This document shows, piece after piece, positions 10,125-18,831 of a stretch of DNA of 64,000 nucleotides; the first letter of the stretch is position 1, and every line of letters starts with the position of its first letter. A model generated the notes under the pieces. That model was not told the origin of the DNA. It saw only the letters and a list, made by a program, of their open reading frames with translations, and searched no databases. The translations under genes and the position numbers were made by a program. This DNA is from Acholeplasmataceae bacterium (lineage in GTDB: Bacteria; Bacillota_I; Bacilli_A; ML615J-28; CAG-313), in contig DUPC01000017.1 of assembly GCA_012838545.1 (NCBI GenBank), forward strand, positions 9,202 through 73,201, read 5' to 3'.

Positions 10125-10505
10125 GTGGGGGAGATTGTGGCAAAAACCAGCAACCGTTTTAAAATCGATACGCTCGACATCGAATCGCAAGGCTACACCG
10201 TGGAGGAAGCGATGAGAGAGTTAAAGTTTTTCATTGACGAAATGAAAACAAGAAACAAAATTATTGCCAAAGTAATCCATGGTTACGGTTCAACCGGAAC
10301 GGGCGGTGTGATTAAAAGAAACGTAGAAAGCTATTTAAGAACTTTGCAGAGGCAAAAACAAATCAAAGCATTTATTCCGGGAAATGTTTACTTTGTAACC
10401 GGATATATCGATATTAGAAATAAATTTGCAAAGTTTTTAAAGGCCGACGGCGCCAACAAGTACAACAACGAGGGCATAACATATATATGTTTTCGGGAAC
10501 CTTAA
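10125..10505 (+). CDS. Stand-alone Smr (small MutS-related) domain protein
   Basis: TLDIESQGYTVEEAMREL...VIHGYGSTGTGGVIK matches the Smr HGxG motif. Start may be the GTG at 10137. Confidence 0.8.
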   Translation: MGEIVAKTSNRFKIDTLDIESQGYTVEEAMRELKFFIDEMKTRNKIIAKVIHGYGSTGTGGVIKRNVESYLRTLQRQKQIKAFIPGNVYFVTGYIDIRNKFAKFLKADGANKYNNEGITYICFREP

Positions 10506-10565
10506 AAAAAATTGCCATAAGCACATTGAACCAAACGGGTTCTGTTTGCTTTATGGCAATCTTTT
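10504..10565. terminator. Bidirectional terminator between the convergent smr and gerW genes
   Basis: Inverted repeat ATTGCCATAA (10511-10520) / TTATGGCAAT (10551-10560) flanked by A and T runs. Confidence 0.7.
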
Positions 10566-10971
10566 ATTTTTCCACTTGATAAATTTCCGGTTCTTTGGTT
10601 TGTTCTGCCCTTTTAGTAAAGGCTTTTTCAATCATCCTGCTAATCGTATCGATTATTCGGTCAAATTGATGGGACGATTCGTTTAAATGCAAAACTTTGA
10701 CTTCCTTTTCTTGGCAAACCAAAAAGGCTACCGGCGTAATCAGAATGGTTCCCCCGGCTCCTCCGCCAAATGGGTAGGCATCGTCGCCATCCAAACGGTT
10801 TTTCTTTTGGTCAAATCCGCCGCTAATGAACCCACAACGAACTTTCGATACCGGAATGATAATCGACTCATGCGAGGTAATCGCATCGCCAACCACCAAA
10901 TTGACATCAACCATGGTTCCCATTTTATTGATGACGCTTTGAAGTAATTCGCTAATCGGATGTTCTTTCAT
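10564..10971 (-). CDS. gerW: GerW/YtfJ family sporulation/germination protein
   Basis: MVDVNLVVGDAIT...IIPVSKVRCGFISGG...FGGGAGG...ITPVAFLV is the YtfJ signature. Confidence 0.9.
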   Translation of the reverse strand: MKEHPISELLQSVINKMGTMVDVNLVVGDAITSHESIIIPVSKVRCGFISGGFDQKKNRLDGDDAYPFGGGAGGTILITPVAFLVCQEKEVKVLHLNESSHQFDRIIDTISRMIEKAFTKRAEQTKEPEIYQVEK

Positions 10972-11519
10972 GAAACACGCTCCTTCCTTCTAAATAGCAC
11001 TTTCGATGTGCTTTTGGGGTACTTAACCAATAAATAAAGAATATAAAAAATTCTTGTTTCAATTTCGATTTCCAAAACAATTCGTTCATTGCTTTCTTTT
11101 TCCCTATAAACAACCTGATAATAACGGTTTTTTTGAAAAACGAAATAACGGTCAATCAAAACATGAATTAAACTTAAAAATTGCCACTGTAAAAAAAGCC
11201 AATAAACATTCAATACAGGGTCATCAATATTGCGCCTTTGAATCACCGTAACTTTATTGACCCAAGATCTTCTGGCCAAGGCCTTTAAAAAATCCCTCTC
11301 TTCCCAATAAAACAAAAACTGTTTGATTGATTCTTTCAAACTTTGTTTGGAGGAATCGTTGTTTGGCGAATCATTTTCATCCAAATCGATGCGAATGTTA
11401 AAGATTCGGCTTAAAATCAAATCAACATTGAAGTCATCGCGTTTGACAATTCGTAAGCGCACCTTGATAAGTAGAAAAAATATTTGCAAAGCAATCATGC
11501 TTAAAACCAGGTAAATCAT
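10968..11519 (-). CDS. YtfI-like (DUF2953) membrane protein
   Basis: N-terminal TM helix; overlaps the gerW start (ATGA coupling), as in the ytfI-ytfJ pair. Assignment rests mainly on synteny. Confidence 0.6.
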   Translation of the reverse strand: MIYLVLSMIALQIFFLLIKVRLRIVKRDDFNVDLILSRIFNIRIDLDENDSPNNDSSKQSLKESIKQFLFYWEERDFLKALARRSWVNKVTVIQRRNIDDPVLNVYWLFLQWQFLSLIHVLIDRYFVFQKNRYYQVVYREKESNERIVLEIEIETRIFYILYLLVKYPKSTSKVLFRRKERVS

Positions 11520-11540
11520 TTCGTTTTATTCTTTCCCCAT

Positions 11541-11570
11541 ATTATACTTTTTAATCATTTTAAAACGCAA
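11541..11570 (-). promoter_or_regulatory. Promoter of ytfI-gerW (SigA-like; a SigG reading is not excluded)
   Basis: TTGCGT-N18-TATAAT. Confidence 0.45.
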
Positions 11571-11579
11571 TTTTTGGCA

Positions 11580-11620
11580 AAAATAAAAGGCGAGCAATTG
11601 ACCTTTAGCCAACAGCTCGC
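11580..11620 (-). terminator. Terminator of the lipoprotein pseudogene transcript
   Basis: GCGAGC-TGTTGGC-loop-GTCAATT-GCTCGC hairpin followed by CTTTTATTTT on the minus strand. Confidence 0.6.
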
Positions 11621-11684
11621 AATAAAGCATTTTTTTATATTCCTTTTTCTTTAAAAATCGTTTTGTTTATTCAATTTTAACCGC

Positions 11685-12110
11685 CTAATATAAAAATTCT
11701 ATAAGGTCGCGATGTGTTTTGTCCGGGTCAAAATAACGATTATTGTATGGCCTTAACCCCAAATCCCCTTTTCACATTTTTTCGCTTTCATCGTAAAGAA
11801 TTAGATAACGGAAAATCGGCGATGGGTCGATTGCAACGTCCTTCTGAATGCTTTGTATGTTACCTAAAAAAAGCTTGTCGACGACTTCCGGGATTTTTTC
11901 CTTTGGCACCGCGTATTCGATTGGTTCGCGGTATAAAAACCGTTTCCTCATTGAAAGTAAGAAAATTAATGCCCAAAACAATTCGAACCGGATTCTTGGG
12001 CAAATCACTCAGTCCTGCAAAATCGGTTATTTTCATACTTGACTGGCAACCAAGCATTAGTCCCAAACTAAATAAAAGATAATACCGATAAAAATCCATT
12101 TTTTTATCAT
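11685..12110 (-). pseudogene. Disrupted lipoprotein gene (about 140 aa when repaired)
   Basis: RBS GGAGG and ATG at 12110. Joining frames at T-tracts near 12075 and 11937 and reading through a TGA at 11772-11774 gives MIKKWIFIGIIFLFSLGLMLGC (lipobox) QSSMKITDF...LYREPIEY...DLIEFLY*. Confidence 0.7.
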
Positions 12111-12327
12111 ATTACTCAACCTCCAATTACTTTAAAAAAAAGGGGTAACTGTTCCTTTGACTTTATATATTGTAAAAAAATTTCCTTAAACCAAAATAAA
12201 ACGATTAATTGGGGTTTGAACCTTAATTAAACCATACCAAGATTTTTTTATAAAGTAACATTTTTTGTGAAAAAACAATGTTCCCCTTAAAAATATAGTA
12301 TAATTAACCGTGAAGGAGTTGCTTTTT

Positions 12328-13677
12328 ATGTCAAAGCCAAACCGACTAAACCGACAAGCAATTAAATTAATCCAATCATACCAAAAGACCAAATCCCCGA
12401 TTGGCAGCGGACATTGCAAATATTATCCGACTTGTTCCCAATATGGGCTTGACGCATATACCAAGTTTTCCTTTATCAAGGCTTCTTTATTAACCTTGTG
12501 GCGGATACTCCGTTGCAACCCGTTTTCCAAAGGCGGTTTTGATCCCGTACCTTTTACCAAGAAAGAAAAAGAACTTCAAAACAAATTTCAAAAACTATTA
12601 TCCTCACCCATTGGTGAATTAGTTTCCAATTTAATTTACCATTATCAATTATATCCCGAATCCAGAAAAACCGACCTTTTAAAAATGCTCTATCAAGCCT
12701 ATTACGGACCAAAACATTTTTTTACCGAATCCGCTTTGGACAGCATTATCCAAAACATTAAACAAGAAACCAGCGCTATAAACCGTCCTCGCCAACCCTA
12801 TACAATATTGGGAAACGGACTGATGAGAATTGATTTGGGGCAGCGTTCCAAACAGGAAATAAAAGACATTGCAAAGGGGTTTTGGGAAACTGCCAAAATG
12901 AGGTTCATCCATGATTATTCTTTTGAAGAATGTTTGGAAATGTTTCAAGAACTGATAAACTTAAAAATCATTGACATTCCCAGTCTATTTGAAGAAAACT
13001 TAACCCCTCCGTATTCCCATAGTAAAGAATTCAAAACTCTTTACGACCCCCATTATCGCTTGCTTCATGTCTCAACCGTTCCCCCTTATTTAATCGTTAA
13101 CGATCTCAAAACAAAAATAGCGGAACTCCTTCAAACGCAAGATCAAGTCATCCTTGCGATTGAGGGTCCCGCAGCCAGCGGCAAGTCCACTCTTGCCCAA
13201 TATTTAGCCGCCCATTTAAAGGCGACAGTCATTTCCACTGATGATTTCTTTTTGCCCCCGAAGTTACGCACCAAAAAGCGTTTGAAGAACCCCGCAGGAA
13301 ATATCCACTACGAACGTTTGCTTAAAGAAGTGCTAGTTCCCTTAAAACAAGGAAAATTAACCACGTACAAACGTTTCGATTGCACGGAAAACTCCTTTAA
13401 AGAAGTCAATGTTACCCCCAACAAGATTTATATTATTGAAGGAGTGTACAGTTTTCATCCCGTCTTTCAGCCTTTCATCGATTTATTGGCTTATTGCGAA
13501 GTGGATGAAGAAACGCAAAAGGAGCGCTTAAAAGCAAGGTCGACCCCAGAAATTTATGAAGCCTTTTTGACTAAATGGCTTCCCTTGGAAAAAAGATATT
13601 TCCCAAGCCAAACCTTTAAGTTTCCGGGCGCCTTTATCATCCCCCAAGGTTTTAAAGTCCCTGATTTTACTGATTAG
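12328..13677 (+). CDS. Fusion protein: YidD (membrane protein insertion efficiency factor) + unknown domain + uridine-kinase-like P-loop domain
   Basis: N-terminal CKYYPTCSQYG...RILRCNPFSKGGFDPVP is YidD. The middle domain includes LKMLYQAYYGPKH and HSKEFKTLYDPHYRL. The C-terminus has IEGPAASGKST, STDDFF and IIEGVYS. One continuous ORF; start MSKPN at 12328 after AAGGAG. Confidence 0.85.
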   Translation: MSKPNRLNRQAIKLIQSYQKTKSPIGSGHCKYYPTCSQYGLDAYTKFSFIKASLLTLWRILRCNPFSKGGFDPVPFTKKEKELQNKFQKLLSSPIGELVSNLIYHYQLYPESRKTDLLKMLYQAYYGPKHFFTESALDSIIQNIKQETSAINRPRQPYTILGNGLMRIDLGQRSKQEIKDIAKGFWETAKMRFIHDYSFEECLEMFQELINLKIIDIPSLFEENLTPPYSHSKEFKTLYDPHYRLLHVSTVPPYLIVNDLKTKIAELLQTQDQVILAIEGPAASGKSTLAQYLAAHLKATVISTDDFFLPPKLRTKKRLKNPAGNIHYERLLKEVLVPLKQGKLTTYKRFDCTENSFKEVNVTPNKIYIIEGVYSFHPVFQPFIDLLAYCEVDEETQKERLKARSTPEIYEAFLTKWLPLEKRYFPSQTFKFPGAFIIPQGFKVPDFTD

Positions 13678-14836
13678 GGGCTTTTTCTATTTTCTTAATC
13701 GCTTTGATGAGTATATCTATTCCTTGCCCGAGCTGACGAAAACTGCAAGCCAGGTTAAACCGGATAAAGCCTTGATAGTCCGCTCCAAAAGTGCTGCCGT
13801 CGTTAACGGTTATGCCTTCTTGAGATAAGCAGTTTACCAGTTCCTGACTGGTGCGGTTTAGATAAGTTAAATTAATCCAAGCAAGGTATGTGCCTTCTAA
13901 ACTTGCCACTTGGGCTTGAGGAAGGTCTTTACTTAGTTTTTTCCTTAAATAATTATAGTTGGTCCAAAGGTGTTTGTTTTGGGCAATCACCCATTTTTCT
14001 CCTTTAGTGTAAGCCGTTTGCGTTCCCAAAATTCCATAAACATTTAGCCCCGGCAAAAAAGCGGAAGTTAAATGTTCTTGGTATTTGTTGCGTAGTTGGG
14101 GGTTTTTGATGATAACATAAGCGCTCTTTAGCCCCGCCAGGTTGAAGGTTTTGCTGGGGGCTGTACTCACCATGACCAAATGTTCCTCCTTCGTCAAACT
14201 GTTCATGGAAACAAAGCGGTATTTTGGCATGATGATATCGCCATGGATTTCATCGCTGATTAAAAGGACTTGATATTTTTGACATAAAGTTAGAACTTGT
14301 TCAAGTTCTTCTTTTTGCCACACCCGACCAACCGGATTATGAGGGCTACAAAGCACCATCATTTTGACGCCATTTTTGAACTTCTCTTCCAAATCCTCAA
14401 AATCCATTTCGTACCGATTGTTTTCAATTCGCAACTTGTTTTCCACAAGAATTCTTTTCGACAAAGTAACGACCCGCTGAAATTGAAAATACACCGGGGT
14501 CTGGATTAAGACTTTGTCGCCGGGGTTTGTCCAAAGTTCAAGCGCTTGTTTTATGGAGGCAACTACCCCGGGAATAGGAATTATCCATTCTTTGGCAATT
14601 TTGGTTTCGTACCTTTTTTGATGCCAACCGATGATAGCTTGATAATAATCGTCCTGTAACATCTGGTAGCCAAAATGCCCTTGCTCACTGCGCTGTATAA
14701 AGGCTTTCACAATTTCCGGAGCAGTTTCATAATCTGAATCCGCCACCCAAAAAGGAAGAGCGTTCGGATTTTTTTGTCCATCCCATTTGTAAGTTCCGGT
14801 ATTTTTCCGCTTATGGCCTTCCAAAAAATAATTCAC
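13667..14836 (-). CDS. patB: MalY/PatB family PLP-dependent C-S lyase (cystathionine beta-lyase-like)
   Basis: PFWVADSD, LCSPHNPVGRVW, ISDEIHGD, PLP lysine in APSKTFNLAGL, EGTYLAW and FIRFNLAC. Confidence 0.93.
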   Translation of the reverse strand: MNYFLEGHKRKNTGTYKWDGQKNPNALPFWVADSDYETAPEIVKAFIQRSEQGHFGYQMLQDDYYQAIIGWHQKRYETKIAKEWIIPIPGVVASIKQALELWTNPGDKVLIQTPVYFQFQRVVTLSKRILVENKLRIENNRYEMDFEDLEEKFKNGVKMMVLCSPHNPVGRVWQKEELEQVLTLCQKYQVLLISDEIHGDIIMPKYRFVSMNSLTKEEHLVMVSTAPSKTFNLAGLKSAYVIIKNPQLRNKYQEHLTSAFLPGLNVYGILGTQTAYTKGEKWVIAQNKHLWTNYNYLRKKLSKDLPQAQVASLEGTYLAWINLTYLNRTSQELVNCLSQEGITVNDGSTFGADYQGFIRFNLACSFRQLGQGIDILIKAIKKIEKAPNQ

Positions 14837-14872
14837 TGTATCAACCTCTTTTTCCTATTTTTTGATAGTTAC

Positions 14873-14901
14873 ATTATAGTTTAATCAAGAGGGTTTGTCA
14901 A
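14873..14901 (-). promoter_or_regulatory. Consensus SigA promoter of patB
   Basis: Exact TTGACA-N17-TATAAT. Confidence 0.8.
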
Positions 14902-14913
14902 ACATAACAAAAA

Positions 14914-15228
14914 TTAATATTCGGTCGCAAAAAGCATGGTGGCATACTCGATATCATCGATAATATAAATTTTTCGGTTCTCCAACCGTCTTCCCACCGC
15001 AGTAGGAACCTTGATTAAGTGTTCGGCGTAAAACTCAGGTTCTTCTTGGGTATGAATTAAAGTGAGCGTTTCGTTTTGAGGATTAAACGCTTGAAAGGAA
15101 AAGACTTGTAAGTAATCGAGTTCCGTGAATTTTCCCAATTCAAAAATTAAACGCCACATTAATTGTTGAAGAGAAAAAGGGACTTCTTCGCTTACTTGCC
15201 TGGTCATATAACAATTATTAGGAAACAT
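14914..15228 (-). CDS. DUF960 family protein
   Basis: YMTRQVSEEVPFSLQQLMW, LDYLQVF, IHTQEEPE and KIYIIDDIEYATMLFATEY follow the DUF960 pattern. Confidence 0.75.
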   Translation of the reverse strand: MFPNNCYMTRQVSEEVPFSLQQLMWRLIFELGKFTELDYLQVFSFQAFNPQNETLTLIHTQEEPEFYAEHLIKVPTAVGRRLENRKIYIIDDIEYATMLFATEY

Positions 15229-15302
15229 GATTTCACCGCCATTCCGTTAAGATATTGCGCATTCCCCCTTTGTTTTTCTTTACAAAAAACTTTCGAAAAA
15301 GC

Positions 15303-15335
15303 AAAAAAGAAGCCTTTAAATTTAGGCTTCTTTTT
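15303..15335 (-). terminator. Rho-independent terminator after the nuclease gene
   Basis: AAAAAAGAAGCCT / AGGCTTCTTTTT inverted repeat. Confidence 0.75.
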
Positions 15336-15353
15336 GAGAAACAATTCAATCAC

Positions 15354-17174
15354 TTAACCCCAAATCTGGTCGGCTAAAAAACTATAGTCGATAAACGGAT
15401 TTCGGTTACCTTGGATTTCCCAAGTGCGGTCGTTGCGTCGGGCTTCGAAAGTATCGACTGGATCAAGTTCGTTCCATTCCAACAATAGTTCCAAACTATA
15501 AGCCACGCTGGTGAAAGTGTAAGAATCGCTTTCCGGATATCTGGTCATTAAGTAAAAGATAATGCGTGCGACATCTCCTTTGACTTCGTCCGCCGGCTCG
15601 AAGTATGATCCTTCGTAATAACCGTCGATTACCCCTCCGCCGTTTTTTTTGCTTAATTTTAATTGGGTGCCATTATTGACGTTACCGAACTTTCGGTTGC
15701 TGATGGCGGAATTGACTGATGGGTCGGTTGGTCGGATGTGATGAAGATCAGAACCCGCTCCCGACTCGGTAAACCAACCTAAATTTTGGGCCCAGACATG
15801 TTCGCGGTTATAAGTTAGCCCTTGGTCCCAAGTTTTGTCAACTTCAATTCTTGAGTAAAACAAGAGGATTTTACCGTCATCGGTTAAAGATGCATCGGTA
15901 TATTGCATATGCTGACGCAAACTGGCATAGGACGTTTTGGTGGTGTGGGTTACGGTCAACAACTCCCTCAGAGCCATTTTCAAAGCATTCCCAACCAAAT
16001 CAAAGTCAAGTTCTTGGTAGTATGTTTCTACGTGAGCAGGAACATGATTATAAGTGATATCGACGATTAAGCTTGGGGCAAAATCGCCAAAAGCATTGGT
16101 TTGAATTCCGATTGTAAAACGGCCCTTTAAAGGAATTAGGGTATCCAAAGCAACGGAAGGGGTATCGACAACTGTAATAAGTGCGCCGTCAACATAAAGC
16201 GAATAGCTTTCGGCACCTTCCACTCCCGTCCAGGATAAAATGTTTCCTTCAATGGAAGGATTGGTAATAGCAGGAGCAGCGGTAACGCCTTTCTTGACAG
16301 TCACTGTAATATCGTCAAAGTGACTGTAACTGCGGTTTTGGTAATGTATCGCAAAGGATAATGTTACCGTTGTGTCGGTTTCCGGAGACAGCACCTGCAC
16401 GGTTTGCAATTGATTGTTAATGACAATGATGTCTGGATGGCTGCTGAACCATTCGATTTTTAAGCCGCTTATTTCGCCCCCATTAAAAGGCAAAGCCAAA
16501 GTATTTTCGATTTGTTGTGGTAATTCTAAACTCAAAGCCACGCTTTCGATTTGTTCATCGATTGCGTCTTTTGCCCGTTTGGGAACAACCGTATTAAAGG
16601 TATGATTTAGCGTTTTTCCAAAATATTCCAAGGTGGCTTGAAGCGATACTTCAACATCTTCTTCAAAGTAAAGCGGTCTGGTTAAAGAAACCGTACCGCC
16701 GGTCGAAATGGTAATGGCGGGGCTGTCTACAGTCCAAGTGATGGTACTGCCGTATGAACCGTTTAACGGTAGAGGAAAAAGATTCGTCATAACCGCAGGA
16801 ATCGTAATTTCCGCTAAATCGTTTTGCAATACCTCGTTGATTTCTTCCTCGCTTGGCGCATTTATCGTAATGGTAACTTTGGTTGTGAGATTTCGGTAGT
16901 TGATTGCAATTTCATGCGTGCCTACGGTGTTCAATTTAGCATTATCGGTGGCACTGATCATCGAAATCGTTACCGGTATGGTTTCGGTATCGTAATTGCC
17001 TTTGGTAACAATTAATTTTAAATCCGTTATGTCAAAGGTACCAATGGTAATGTGTTCCGGGATGCTTGTTTCATCGATGGCAATATCTAAAACCTTATCG
17101 GTACAGGAAATCAAAATCAAGGAAAAAAAAGTGAAAATTAAAATGGTCATCAAATGCTTGATAGTCTTACGCAT
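15354..17174 (-). CDS. Lipoprotein extracellular nuclease: Ig-like stalk domains + C-terminal endonuclease I (EndA/Bsn family) domain
   Basis: Lipobox LISC. Catalytic region has YNREHVWAQN, SDLHHIRPTDPSVNSAISNRKFG, FEPADEVKGDVARIIFY and RRNDRTWEIQGNRNPFID. Confidence 0.9.
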   Translation of the reverse strand: MRKTIKHLMTILIFTFFSLILISCTDKVLDIAIDETSIPEHITIGTFDITDLKLIVTKGNYDTETIPVTISMISATDNAKLNTVGTHEIAINYRNLTTKVTITINAPSEEEINEVLQNDLAEITIPAVMTNLFPLPLNGSYGSTITWTVDSPAITISTGGTVSLTRPLYFEEDVEVSLQATLEYFGKTLNHTFNTVVPKRAKDAIDEQIESVALSLELPQQIENTLALPFNGGEISGLKIEWFSSHPDIIVINNQLQTVQVLSPETDTTVTLSFAIHYQNRSYSHFDDITVTVKKGVTAAPAITNPSIEGNILSWTGVEGAESYSLYVDGALITVVDTPSVALDTLIPLKGRFTIGIQTNAFGDFAPSLIVDITYNHVPAHVETYYQELDFDLVGNALKMALRELLTVTHTTKTSYASLRQHMQYTDASLTDDGKILLFYSRIEVDKTWDQGLTYNREHVWAQNLGWFTESGAGSDLHHIRPTDPSVNSAISNRKFGNVNNGTQLKLSKKNGGGVIDGYYEGSYFEPADEVKGDVARIIFYLMTRYPESDSYTFTSVAYSLELLLEWNELDPVDTFEARRNDRTWEIQGNRNPFIDYSFLADQIWG

Positions 17175-17202
17175 GAATTAATCCTCCTAGTATATCGATA
17201 CT

Positions 17203-17231
17203 ATTATACTTGATTTTGCATTTTTTTGCAA
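17203..17231 (-). promoter_or_regulatory. SigA-type promoter of the nuclease gene
   Basis: TTGCAA-N17-TATAAT. Confidence 0.65.
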
Positions 17232-17331
17232 AAAATAGGCACATTTAAAAAAATATCATTTTCAATTCTCAGGCATTTTTGCAAAAATATGCTATACTAA
17301 AGATGAAGATTATTGACTTGGGAGGTTGGGT

Positions 17332-18015
17332 ATGCAAACATTATGGATTGCGAATGGCGGTTATTCCGTAAAAGAAACCCCTAATTCTTATCGCGCGTTT
17401 TTGGCTGCGGCCAACCGTCCTTTCGATGGTTTATTGTTTTCCGCCCGTTTTACAAAGGACCATTATCCTATTTGCGCAGACAAACCCTACTTGGAACAAA
17501 AGGGAACAAACTATTATATCGACCAATATACTTTGGCGGATTTGAAACAATTGGGTTTTTTCAACTTTCCCAATGAATCTACCATCGAATTAACCGACTA
17601 TTTGGTTTTAGCTATTCGGTATCAAAAGCAAATCTTTGTCAAAATCAACCGAAATACGACTTTCAAAGAAATTGATTACTTAATCGAACAATTAAAAGCA
17701 CAAGAAATTCTTTACCAAACTACCTTGGTTTCAGCCAAAAAGGAATACTTGGTGTACCTAAGAAACCAAGATTTGGAATTGGAATTGTTGTGGGAGACAA
17801 ACGAATATTCCGACGAATTGTTTTTGGACTGTTGCAAGTATCACTTTGATTTATTGATGAAAGTGACTGGTTTCATGAAAAAAATGATTTATATTACCGG
17901 CTTATTCCATGAATATAAACTAAAGGTCGGCTGCATTGGCACGGATAACGCCAATAGCTTGGCCAAATACGCTTCAATCCCTGTTGACTACATCTTTACC
18001 GGAGGAACAGAATGA
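17332..18015 (+). CDS. Glycerophosphodiester phosphodiesterase-like protein lacking catalytic residues
   Basis: Aligns with the downstream GDPD, but AHRG is ANGG, IECD is LLFS and SHD is CAD. Start ATG at 17332 after GGAGG. Confidence 0.7.
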   Translation: MQTLWIANGGYSVKETPNSYRAFLAAANRPFDGLLFSARFTKDHYPICADKPYLEQKGTNYYIDQYTLADLKQLGFFNFPNESTIELTDYLVLAIRYQKQIFVKINRNTTFKEIDYLIEQLKAQEILYQTTLVSAKKEYLVYLRNQDLELELLWETNEYSDELFLDCCKYHFDLLMKVTGFMKKMIYITGLFHEYKLKVGCIGTDNANSLAKYASIPVDYIFTGGTE

Positions 18016-18803
18016 AAAAGAATTTAATGTATGCGCTGTTGGCTACTTTCTCTTGTGCTGCTATTGTTCTATTGTTGGGGGTGTTCCTAACAAGCGATAA
18101 GACAAGCGACTTAATCAATAACCACGAAACATTCCTTATCGCGCATCGAGGATACTCTTCCCGACACGTCGAAAACTCTTTAAAAGCCTTTGAAGCAGCG
18201 GGTCAAAGCAATTTCGAAGGTATTGAATGCGACATTCAAGTAACCAAGGACGGCTCAATCGTCATTTCCCATGACGATAACTTAAAACGTTTGACCGGGG
18301 TCGATAAAGTAATTTCTGCAAGTACTTTTGAAGAAATAAAGGCTATTCCTTTTTTGGACGATTCTACCCAAACCACGGTGTCTTTAACCGATTATTTAAG
18401 CATCTGCCAAAAATATCAAAAGACAGCTATTATCGAAATCAAAGAAAACGTCAGAGTGGAAGATATAAAAGCAATATATGAAACAGTAAAAAATTCCGGA
18501 TTAACTTCTTTTCAATTCATTTCCTTTAACATCGGACACTTAATCAGTTTAAGAGCCATTGATAACTTTGTGGAACTTCAATATTTAACCCGAAAATATA
18601 GTCCAAATTACTTAAAAACCTGCTTGGATTATCGCTTAAACCCCAGCATAAATTACAAATCACTTACCAAACCCTTAATTGAACTTTTCCACAGCAACGG
18701 TTTAAAGATTGGGGTTTGGACGGTTGACGATGTGGAAATTGCCAATCGCTTAATCGAAGAAGACATCGATTATCTGACCACCAATAAGCTGGTTTCTGAA
18801 TAA
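18012..18803 (+). CDS. Glycerophosphodiester phosphodiesterase, N-terminally membrane anchored
   Basis: IAHRG, ENSLKAF, GIECDIQVTKDG, ISHD, IIEIK, VWTVDD and DYLTTN. Confidence 0.93.
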   Translation: MKKNLMYALLATFSCAAIVLLLGVFLTSDKTSDLINNHETFLIAHRGYSSRHVENSLKAFEAAGQSNFEGIECDIQVTKDGSIVISHDDNLKRLTGVDKVISASTFEEIKAIPFLDDSTQTTVSLTDYLSICQKYQKTAIIEIKENVRVEDIKAIYETVKNSGLTSFQFISFNIGHLISLRAIDNFVELQYLTRKYSPNYLKTCLDYRLNPSINYKSLTKPLIELFHSNGLKIGVWTVDDVEIANRLIEEDIDYLTTNKLVSE

Positions 18804-18831
18804 AAAAACTCAAAGCAGCAAAACTTAAGAA

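Noticed and set aside
11772-11774. In-frame TGA here and at 38675-38677, hinting at TGA=Trp (code 4)
   Set aside because: Both lie in otherwise disrupted genes. Intact genes end in TGA (e.g. 4469, 10968, 18013) and use TGG for Trp, so nonsense mutation is the better explanation.
17222-17288. Two TTTTTGCAAAAA-type palindromes between the nuclease and GDPD genes as operators
   Set aside because: The first is explained by the TTGCAA -35 box in an A/T tract, and the motif is low complexity. There is no independent support.
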